64,000 nucleotides of DNA from Chloroflexota bacterium (GTDB lineage Bacteria > Chloroflexota > Limnocylindria > Limnocylindrales > CSP1-4). The translations under genes were made by a program, and so were the position numbers. Location: the NCBI GenBank assembly GCA_017881915.1, contig JADGQK010000003.1:7365-71364 (forward strand), written 5' to 3'. Each line of letters starts with the position of its first letter. Positions within the stretch are counted from its first letter, which is position 1. Under the pieces are notes generated by a model. That model was not told where the DNA came from. It worked only from the letters and a program-made list of their open reading frames with translations, and made no database searches. Shown piece by piece: positions 44,942-52,164 of this stretch.

Positions 44942-45130
44942 TTAGTTGACCCGGCGGTGGAGTCCACAGATCGGGCAGGTCGCCACGCCGGTCGAGGAAT
45001 CGAGCCGGAGGAGTGTGGTGCAGCCATTGGTGGAGCAGAAGAGGGGGTGGGCGGCGGCGGCACGGCGGCGCATCCGGCGCATCGCCTGGGCGCGCATCGG
45101 CGCACCGGCGGTTGAGGATCGGGTAAGCAT
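44942..45130 (-). CDS. possible small basic zinc-ribbon protein
   Basis: 62 aa; CSTNGC...CPICG four-Cys pattern; 46 nt upstream of the aminotransferase, same strand. Confidence 0.45.
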   Translation of the reverse strand: MLTRSSTAGAPMRAQAMRRMRRRAAAAHPLFCSTNGCTTLLRLDSSTGVATCPICGLHRRVN

Positions 45131-45283
45131 CGAGAGAACTACCTTGGTTTCTGACCGCTCGAGCTGACCCGGGATAGGTGGGTCGGAGCGGACCTGGTTG
45201 ATTGCCTGGCGCGTCGCGGGAGCAAAGGTTCTGATGCTCTGACCTGCGACGCCGCCCGGGCGTTGACAACCACGAGGATGGCC

Positions 45284-45299
45284 CAGAACACCCGTTCTG
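45284..45299. promoter_or_regulatory. palindrome CAGAAC-ACCC-GTTCTG sharing the CAGAACACC motif with the flanking inverted repeat
   Basis: Exact 6-4-6 palindrome. The same 9-mer recurs at 45356-45364 and inverted at 45534-45542. Confidence 0.4.
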
Positions 45300-45348
45300 T
45301 CAAATGCCCGATCGTCCGCCCTCCGAGCGGGCGACCGAGCGCCACCCT

Positions 45349-45549
45349 GTGCGCTCAGAACACCAAACGGCCGGTTTGGGGCTCGAAGTCACGCCGTCGG
45401 TGCTGATTCGCCCTCGCTCGGCGTGGTCCAGTCGCCCCCGTCCGGGATTTCATCCCGAGTCACGCTCAGGCCCGGATGCTTCGTCGAACGGGCGCCAGGC
45501 GTGGACTCGCGCCGGCCCCGGAATCGCGGCGTTGGTGTTCTGAGCGCAC
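45349..45549. repeat. perfect 18-bp inverted repeat pair enclosing 165 nt
   Basis: GTGCGCTCAGAACACCAA at 45349-45366 and its exact reverse complement at 45532-45549. Confidence 0.85.
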
Positions 45550-45563
45550 GCGCCGGCAACAGC

Positions 45564-45614
45564 GCGTCGGCAAAGGCACGGCGGCAATCGAGCGTCGGCC
45601 AAGGCACGGCGGCA
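45564..45614. repeat. two 23-nt direct repeats, 28-nt period, one mismatch
   Basis: GCGTCGGCAAAGGCACGGCGGCA at 45564-45586 and GCGTCGGCCAAGGCACGGCGGCA at 45592-45614. Confidence 0.75.
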
Positions 45615-45637
45615 CCAGTCCGGCGTCCGGCCCCGGT

Positions 45638-46180
45638 TCAACCCCTCGCGCGGTGGTAGCGCTCCATCAGCCTGGTGATGGCCAGGCGTGCTGCCCGCCA
45701 GTCGTCCTGGTCGGCGAACACGTCGATCTCGGCAGTACCCCAGCGGGCAACCTGGCTCATCGCCATGACGATGGCGTCGTGCCGGACCTGCCGGCCGCGG
45801 CCACCGTCGACGACTCCGGTCACGAGGTAGCGCCGGACGAGGTCGAACGGGGCCCAGCCGCCTCCGACCCGGATCCGGTCACCGACCCGCAGTGTCTCGA
45901 GCCATTCGTCGTCGCCGACCGGGTGGCGTTCGTGCTCGACGAGGTGGTCGGCGATCGGCAGGCGGCGGGACGACCCGGCCAGCGAGGCGAGGAGGCCAGC
46001 GTCGTCAACCGTGACGTAGCAGATCGGGCAGGAGGGCAACTGGGCCTCGGCCGAGGGTGCGCTGCCATAGGCGATCCCGCACCGGCGGCAAAAGCTGACG
46101 GACCCATTCGGCTGGAGCGCGCCGCACTGGCGACAGCTCTGGCTCGTCGAGAGGGCGGCAGAACGGGTCAGGCCGAGCAT
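45638..46180 (-). CDS. hypothetical protein with N-terminal double zinc ribbon
   Basis: CRQCG...CRRCG...CPIC; no family recognised. Start at internal Met 46180. Confidence 0.55.
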   Translation of the reverse strand: MLGLTRSAALSTSQSCRQCGALQPNGSVSFCRRCGIAYGSAPSAEAQLPSCPICYVTVDDAGLLASLAGSSRRLPIADHLVEHERHPVGDDEWLETLRVGDRIRVGGGWAPFDLVRRYLVTGVVDGGRGRQVRHDAIVMAMSQVARWGTAEIDVFADQDDWRAARLAITRLMERYHRARG

Positions 46181-46336
46181 CGCTGCGCGGCTTCGGAATC
46201 TGGCACGAGTTGATGATGGCGGATCGGTCCTCAGTTGCGAAGATGACCGATCCGGCCGTTGGTCCCGACGGCCTTCGCCGTTCGTCCCCAATGTCGCGCG
46301 GATGCACCAATCGGGGTCGGCGAGGTCCGCCCGGAC

Positions 46337-46942
46337 TCAGTCCGGGGTGGGCTCGGGGGCCTCGGGTTGGAACCGCAGAATGGCCTCCGGATCGTCGCCC
46401 GAGATGGCGCCCTCGCCCGGTTCGGAGTCCGTGGTGAACCCCCGCATCACGGTCGACTCCGCGCCCGGGAAGAAGAAGCCGAGTTCGAGATCGCTCTCGA
46501 TCCGGTCGACGGTGTAGCGGTTCACCCAGGCCAGGGGATGCACATCGACGCCTTCGTCCGGTCGGCCGCCCAGCCCGATCCGGACATCGCCAAGGAGGAC
46601 GAACGAACCGCTCGGCCGGGCGAGGGCACGGGCGGGATCGAAGCCGGGCAGGGTCGGCAGCCTGGCCTCGAGGACGTACGGGCCCGCGTGGATCCGGATG
46701 TCGTGCCAGACCGAATGGGCTGGCCCATTCGCTTCCGGGGGCGCCACGACGACGAGGAAGTCGTCGATGTCGAGCCGGGTCGACGCTTCGTGCGGCGCAG
46801 CGCCGCCGTCGAGACGCGCCAGGTGGCCCGCTTCGATATCCACCTGCTCGAGCGACTCCAGCAGGTCGCTGAGTCGTCCATCACGGGCGATCGCCCCGTG
46901 ACGGATGCCTTCCGCCGTATAGGCCTCGAACTCAATCGTCAT
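46337..46942 (-). CDS. hypothetical protein
   Basis: 201 aa from MTIEFEAY; coding-like composition; no family recognised. Confidence 0.55.
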   Translation of the reverse strand: MTIEFEAYTAEGIRHGAIARDGRLSDLLESLEQVDIEAGHLARLDGGAAPHEASTRLDIDDFLVVVAPPEANGPAHSVWHDIRIHAGPYVLEARLPTLPGFDPARALARPSGSFVLLGDVRIGLGGRPDEGVDVHPLAWVNRYTVDRIESDLELGFFFPGAESTVMRGFTTDSEPGEGAISGDDPEAILRFQPEAPEPTPD

Positions 46943-47071
46943 GCCCTGCCCCCGTTCCGATCGAGCGTCCCACGGACGGGCCCAGGCGTCCACCGGCGGG
47001 GGTACCGGAGTGGTCGATCCCTTCGTACCGCCGAATCAGGATGCGGTGCCAGGTGGCACCGGTGGCCTGGC

Positions 47072-47908
47072 TCAGTAGGGCGGCCAGGGGATGGCCGGTC
47101 GCTCCGGATCGGGTTGCGGAAACCGTCCGCCGGCGATCAGCCCATCGACTCGATCCCGGGTCGCCCTCACCTCGAGCGGGTCGAGAAGCGCGGCGAGACG
47201 CCGGCCGAGCCGTCCGTCGAGCTGCGTCCGGAGGGCCTCCAGGACCATGACCTCGTCCGCTGCGAAGCGCTCACCGCGCCAGGCCCACAGGACCGTCCGC
47301 AGCTTCGGCTCGTCGGAGAAGCACACACCGTGGTCGACGCCATACAGGTGGAGTGGCCGCGCCGAGTGGTCGACCGGCTCTTCGTCGATCTCGGGTAGGG
47401 ACCAGACGCCTGCCCCGGCGGTCGGTTCGAGGGGCACTGCCGGCTGCGCCTGGGCGAGGCCGACGGGCAGGATGTGGCCGCCCTTCCGATCGGTGTTGTT
47501 GACCACGGCGTCGAAGATCGCCATCGGCCGCAGCCGCGGGTCGGAGGTGCGCACGAGATCCCAGGGATGGACGGCCAGATCAGTCTCGATCCAGATCTGG
47601 ACCATGCCCGTTCCGAACGGCCCATCGCGCAGAATCGTGGGTGGCACGATGCCCCAGCCGGTCACGTCAGAGACGAGGGCGGCAGCGACCTCGCGATTGG
47701 CCAGCGTGTCGTCGGGGAAGTCCCACAACGGCCGCTCGAAGCGGACCGGCTTGTAGATTGCCGCGAGCTCGGTCTGGCCCGAACGTAGGCTGCAGTACAG
47801 GGCCGCGTTCGACGAGACGGTCAGCCGGCCCTTGACCTCGAGCCGGCCGTCCCGGAGGAGCGCCAGGGCGCCTTTCCAGTCGAGACCCGGCAGCCCCGGC
47901 AGGCTCAC
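47072..47908 (-). CDS. SCO1664-family protein (PI3/PI4-kinase-related fold)
   Basis: AIYKPVRFERPLWDFP and GHILP...DHG patterns; conserved trio context. Confidence 0.8.
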   Translation of the reverse strand: MSLPGLPGLDWKGALALLRDGRLEVKGRLTVSSNAALYCSLRSGQTELAAIYKPVRFERPLWDFPDDTLANREVAAALVSDVTGWGIVPPTILRDGPFGTGMVQIWIETDLAVHPWDLVRTSDPRLRPMAIFDAVVNNTDRKGGHILPVGLAQAQPAVPLEPTAGAGVWSLPEIDEEPVDHSARPLHLYGVDHGVCFSDEPKLRTVLWAWRGERFAADEVMVLEALRTQLDGRLGRRLAALLDPLEVRATRDRVDGLIAGGRFPQPDPERPAIPWPPY

Positions 47909-47913
47909 GCCGC

Positions 47914-48483
47914 TCAGTTCAGGTAGGCGTTCGGGCGGGTGCAGATGTGGCCCTGGGGGTCGAGCGGTTCACCACAGCGCGGGCAGAGCGGCCGACCACT
48001 GGCGATCACCCGGGCGGCGCGCGCAACGAATGCCCGGATCTCCGTCGGCGACAGGCGAATCCGGATGAGGTCCGGCCCATCGGCATCGTCGTCGTCGGCC
48101 AGGGCTGCGTCGACGATCGAGCTCTCGTCTTCGTCTTCGTCGAGTGCCGCGGCCTGGATCAGGACCATCTGGCGGGCGCTGTCCCAGCCGATCGTCATCG
48201 AGCCAACCCGGAACGCCTCGACCAGTGGTTCACCGAGCGGTTCGTCGTCGACCGGCCGGTCACCAGCGTCGGCGGGTATGCCCTCGACTCCACGCTCGGC
48301 GAGTGTATCGAGGAGGGCCGCCAGGTTGGCCGCGAGGACGGCGACCTGGGTCTTCTCGGCCGCGACGCTGACGATCGAGCCGCCCTGGCGGGCCTGCAGG
48401 AAGAAGGCTCGATGGCCGGGCTCGCCCACCGTCCCGGCGATGAACCGGTCGGGGGCATCGAAGTTGGAAATTCGACGGGTCAT
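47914..48483 (-). CDS. DUF3090-family protein
   Basis: FDAPDRFIAGTVGEPGHRAFFLQA N-terminus, C-terminal CPRCGEPLDPQGHIC knuckle. Start at Met 48483 (ATGA overlap). Confidence 0.8.
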   Translation of the reverse strand: MTRRISNFDAPDRFIAGTVGEPGHRAFFLQARQGGSIVSVAAEKTQVAVLAANLAALLDTLAERGVEGIPADAGDRPVDDEPLGEPLVEAFRVGSMTIGWDSARQMVLIQAAALDEDEDESSIVDAALADDDDADGPDLIRIRLSPTEIRAFVARAARVIASGRPLCPRCGEPLDPQGHICTRPNAYLN

Positions 48484-49202
48484 GCGCGTGCCTCTGTGCT
48501 GGTCGAGGCGGCGTCGCCGGCCGCCCATTCCGGGTCGGCCGGCTTGCGTCGCCGGCCCACCCTCTTCTTCGTCTCGAGGAGGTCGATCGGATCGCCGCCC
48601 AGGTCGTTCACCCGCAGGACGAACGGACGCAGCGGGGTGTAGCGGACGACGCTGAGCGAGGCGGGCCCGATCACGATCCGCTGGAACTGGTCGAGATGGA
48701 GGCCCAGCGCGTCGGCCAGGACCGCCTTGATCACGTCGGCATGGCTGACCACGGCGTAGGTCGCATCGGGGCCCAATCGGGCATTCCAGTCGCGCACGGC
48801 GTGGACTGCCCGCGCCTGGGTCTCGCGCAGGGCCTCACCCCCAGGAAAGGTGACCGCCGAAGGATGGGCCTGGACCGTCGCCCATAGCGGGTCCCTGGTC
48901 AGGACCTTGATCTCGCCCCCGGTCCACGCCCCGTAGTGGACCTCCCCGACCCGGTCGTCGACGTGCCGGGCGGGCGCAGGATCCCGTCCTTCGGCCAGGG
49001 CCTCGGCTGTGTCCAGGCAGCGCTCGAGGGGCGAGCTCACGATCGCCGCCAGCGGGATTGGCCGGAGCCGGACCGCCAGGGCCGCCGCCTGCCGACGGCC
49101 ACGTTCGTCGAGGTGGACGCCCGGTGTCCAGCCGACGAGGATCGGTCCGGTCAGCGCGGTCAGGCCATGGCGAACGAAGAGGACGGTGGTCAAGGGAGGC
49201 AA
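48480..49202 (-). CDS. histidine-phosphatase superfamily protein (MSMEG_4193-type putative phosphomutase)
   Basis: LFVRHGLT RHG motif, second His region SHADVI; TTG start. Confidence 0.85.
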   Translation of the reverse strand: MPPLTTVLFVRHGLTALTGPILVGWTPGVHLDERGRRQAAALAVRLRPIPLAAIVSSPLERCLDTAEALAEGRDPAPARHVDDRVGEVHYGAWTGGEIKVLTRDPLWATVQAHPSAVTFPGGEALRETQARAVHAVRDWNARLGPDATYAVVSHADVIKAVLADALGLHLDQFQRIVIGPASLSVVRYTPLRPFVLRVNDLGGDPIDLLETKKRVGRRRKPADPEWAAGDAASTSTEARA

Positions 49203-49243
49203 ATCCTACCCCGTGGCGCCCGGCCCCGTGGTCGGGCCGGCCG

Positions 49244-49249
49244 TATGAT
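49244..49249 (+). promoter_or_regulatory. candidate -10 (TATGAT) for a leaderless transcript
   Basis: TATGAT, then 5 nt, then GTG 49255. Confidence 0.3.
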
Positions 49250-49254
49250 CGGCG

Positions 49255-49440
49255 GTGATGGCTCGCCCGGTGATCCGCATCCCCGTGCCTGTCGCCGGTG
49301 CGCGGTCGGAGGTGCGCAGCCTGATGGTCGCGCTGGCGGCGGCAGCGAGCCTCCTGCTGGCTCTGCCGGTGGTCCTGGTCGCAAGTGCCAGGCCCGTCGC
49401 CGGCCATTCGCAGCTGCTCATCGGCGGGACCCCCCGTTGA
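49255..49440 (+). CDS. possible 61-aa single-TM peptide
   Basis: Hydrophobic core LMVALAAAASLLLALPVVLVA. Its TGA overlaps the TTG of the next gene (TTGA). Confidence 0.4.
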   Translation: MMARPVIRIPVPVAGARSEVRSLMVALAAAASLLLALPVVLVASARPVAGHSQLLIGGTPR

Positions 49441-50090
49441 ACGCTCTGTCGCTCCAACTCATCGTCGGGTTGGTCCTGCTGGCGATCGCCGCGGTTCTCG
49501 GCCTGCTGGCCTACCGCGCGCGGCGGGTGGCGCGGACCGCCAACTCGACAACCTTCGGCCGGGCCAGGGCGTTCGCCGCCCTCGCCTTCATCTCGGGCGT
49601 CGTCTTTGCCATTGGCGGCGTCATCAACGCCGGCGGCCCGTCAATCACCTACCTCAACCCGACGCCGGACACGGTCGCCTCGGTCGATCGCGGCGCCTTG
49701 ACCTACGACGCGACCTGCGCCCGCTGCCACGGCGCCGAGTACCGCGGTGACGGCCCGGACGCGGGCACGACCCAGGTCACGCCGGCATCGCTCGTCTCGG
49801 GCCACCTGGATAGCCACGCTGACTCCGACGTCTACACCTGGATCCGGGACGGGCTGCCCGGCGGGATGCCAGCCTTCGGCGCGACGCTCAGCGAGGCGCA
49901 GCGCTGGGATCTGGTCAATTTCCTGCGCGGGATCAATGGCCAGGGACCGTCGCCAGACGTCGTGCCGGGCGGCAGTCCCGCCGGCCTGGCCGGCTTCGGC
50001 CTGGTCGGCGGAACGGCGGTGCTTTTCGTCGGCTGGTACTCGGCCGGGATTCGGCGCAGCCTGGGCCGCCCGCGGCGAGGACCTCGATGA
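49437..50090 (+). CDS. membrane-anchored mono-haem cytochrome c
   Basis: Two N-terminal TM helices, CARCH haem motif, GGMPAF Met-ligand region, C-terminal TM. There is no ATG/GTG upstream in frame, so TTG 49437 is assumed. Confidence 0.7.
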   Translation: MNALSLQLIVGLVLLAIAAVLGLLAYRARRVARTANSTTFGRARAFAALAFISGVVFAIGGVINAGGPSITYLNPTPDTVASVDRGALTYDATCARCHGAEYRGDGPDAGTTQVTPASLVSGHLDSHADSDVYTWIRDGLPGGMPAFGATLSEAQRWDLVNFLRGINGQGPSPDVVPGGSPAGLAGFGLVGGTAVLFVGWYSAGIRRSLGRPRRGPR

Positions 50091-52123
50091 GCGACCGACC
50101 GCTGCCGGCCTTCGCTCGACCCGACAGTGAGGCGGCCTGGCGGCCCCGTCCGCTGGAGCTCACCGAGGCTCGTCTTGCCCGGTTCGTGCGGGGGGCCGGA
50201 TTCAGTGACCTCGAGGACCTGCAGGCCCGGGCCGCTGCCGATCCGGGCTGGTTCTGGGCTGCCGCGGCTGATGACATCGGGATCGCCTGGCAGCGCCGGC
50301 CGACGACGATCCTGGATCTGGCTGGGGGCCCGGCCAGGGCTCGTTGGTGGGGCGGGGGAGCGTTCAACCACGCCCTCGCCTCGACCGAACCATGGGCAGC
50401 CCGCTGGCCGGGCGAGGAAGCGCTGGCCTGGGAGGGCGAGGACGGGGCGATCCGGCGGTACACCTGGGCCGAGCTCGATCGGGCCGCCCGGGTTGCTGCC
50501 CGCCGCCTCGCCGGTCTCGGGATCGGGCTCGGCAGCCGGGTCGGGATCTTCCTGCCGATGCTGCCCGAGACGGTGATCGCCGTGCTCGCTCTTGGCCGCC
50601 TGGGGGCCGTCTTCACCCCGATCTTCAGCGGTTATGCCGCACCGGCGGTGGCCGCCCGGCTCGAAGCCTTCGCGGCGACCCACCTGATCACCGCCGATGG
50701 CTTCCTGCGGCGAGGTGCGGTCGTCCCGCTCAAGGCCGTGGCCAACGACGCGGTCGCCCTCGCCCCATCGGTCCGCCGCGTCATCGTCGTCCAGCGGCTG
50801 ACTGGCGCGCCGCTCGAGCTGGACCCGGGCCGCGATGTGGCCTGGGATCAGGCCACGCACGAGTCTGGCCCCGACGTCGAGGGCGCGACACTAGCCGACG
50901 TCTTCGCAGATCCGGCCGGCGTCGTTCCCACGACCGATCCCGAGAGCCCGTACATGGTCATCTACACCTCGGGCACGACCGGCCGGCCGAAGGGAACCGT
51001 CCACGTCCACGGCGGCTTCCCGATCAAGGCTGCCCAGGACCTGGCCCACACCTTCGACCTGCGCGCCGGTGATGCCCTGTGCTGGTTCACCGACCTCGGC
51101 TGGATGATGGGTCCCTGGGCAATCAGCGGTGCGCTCCTGCTGGGCGCCCGCCTGGTCATCTACGAGGGCGCTCCCGACTGGCCCGATCCAGGCCGGCTGT
51201 GGAGTCTCGTTGCGCGCCACCGGATCACTCACATGGGCGTGAGCCCCACCCTGATCCGGGCGCTCCGGATCCACGGCGACGACCCTGTGCGGGCCCACGA
51301 CCGCTCGAGCCTGCGGGTCCTCGGATCGACCGGCGAACCCTGGAACCCCGACCCCTGGCAGTGGCTCTTCTCGGTCGTGGGCGAGGGCCGGCTGCCGATC
51401 GTGAACTACAGCGGAGGCACGGAGGTCAGCGGTGGGATCCTCGGCTGCACGCTCCTCCGGCCGATCCGCTCGACGTCGTTCAACGGGCCGTGCGTCGGGA
51501 TGGCGGCCGACATCGTCGATTCGGCCGGCTCGCCGGTTCGCGGCGCGGTCGGCGAACTGGCAATCCGCCAGCCCTGGCCAGGGATGACCCGGGGCTTCTG
51601 GGCCGAGCCGGACGACGAGACCTACCTCGACGCCTACTGGCGGCGACAGCCCGGCCTGTGGCTCCACGGCGACTGGGCCGCAACTGACGGCGACGGCTAC
51701 TGGTACATCCACGGTCGATCGGACGACACGCTCAAGGTGGCCGGCAAGCGGGTCGGACCGGCCGAGGTCGAGGCCTGCGCGGTGGCTCACCCGGCGGTCA
51801 TGGCCGCGGCGGCCATCGGCATCCCGGATGCGATCAAGGGCGAGGCGATCGTCGTCCTGTGCGTCCCGCGGCCGGGCATGGCGTGGGACGCGGCGATCGC
51901 ACTGGAAGTCAGCCAGCTGGTCATCCACGAGCTCGGCAAGCCGGTCCGGCCGAAGGCTGTCGTGGGGGTCGCGGACCTGCCCCGGACCCGCAGCGGCAAG
52001 GTCATGCGCCGGGTTGCCAGGGCGGCGTTCCTTGGCCTCGATCACGGCGACCTGTCGGCCCTCGAGAATCCCGCCTCGCTCGACGCGATCGCCACAGCAG
52101 GAGCTGCCGAGGCCGGGCGATAG
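50087..52123 (+). CDS. AMP-forming acyl-CoA synthetase (acetyl-CoA synthetase-like)
   Basis: YTSGTTGRPKG, GEP, GYWYIHGRSDD, PRTRSGK motifs; ATGA overlap with the cytochrome c gene. Confidence 0.85.
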   Translation: MSDRPLPAFARPDSEAAWRPRPLELTEARLARFVRGAGFSDLEDLQARAAADPGWFWAAAADDIGIAWQRRPTTILDLAGGPARARWWGGGAFNHALASTEPWAARWPGEEALAWEGEDGAIRRYTWAELDRAARVAARRLAGLGIGLGSRVGIFLPMLPETVIAVLALGRLGAVFTPIFSGYAAPAVAARLEAFAATHLITADGFLRRGAVVPLKAVANDAVALAPSVRRVIVVQRLTGAPLELDPGRDVAWDQATHESGPDVEGATLADVFADPAGVVPTTDPESPYMVIYTSGTTGRPKGTVHVHGGFPIKAAQDLAHTFDLRAGDALCWFTDLGWMMGPWAISGALLLGARLVIYEGAPDWPDPGRLWSLVARHRITHMGVSPTLIRALRIHGDDPVRAHDRSSLRVLGSTGEPWNPDPWQWLFSVVGEGRLPIVNYSGGTEVSGGILGCTLLRPIRSTSFNGPCVGMAADIVDSAGSPVRGAVGELAIRQPWPGMTRGFWAEPDDETYLDAYWRRQPGLWLHGDWAATDGDGYWYIHGRSDDTLKVAGKRVGPAEVEACAVAHPAVMAAAAIGIPDAIKGEAIVVLCVPRPGMAWDAAIALEVSQLVIHELGKPVRPKAVVGVADLPRTRSGKVMRRVARAAFLGLDHGDLSALENPASLDAIATAGAAEAGR

Positions 52124-52152
52124 CCTCGCCCCCTGGCCCTGCCCGGCCTCGG

Positions 52153-52158
52153 TATCCT
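52153..52158 (+). promoter_or_regulatory. candidate -10 (TATCCT) for a leaderless transcript
   Basis: GGTATCCTGC context as at 41211; TATCCT, then 6 nt, then GTG 52165. Confidence 0.3.
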
Positions 52159-52164
52159 GCGGAT

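Noticed and set aside
45444-45456. GGGATGAAATCCC followed by ACGGGGGCGAC on the minus strand, reminiscent of ydaO (c-di-AMP) or cobalamin riboswitch cores.
   Set aside because: The element order is reversed relative to ydaO, the key CCCGCCACTG-type box is absent, and the remaining conserved helices could not be found.
49255-49440. Micro-ORF interpreted as a truncated CopC pseudogene.
   Set aside because: Only a signal-peptide-like helix plus H-S-Q-L-L is shared. No downstream CopC-like sequence exists in any frame. The TTGA coupling and leaderless-type promoter favour an intact small gene.
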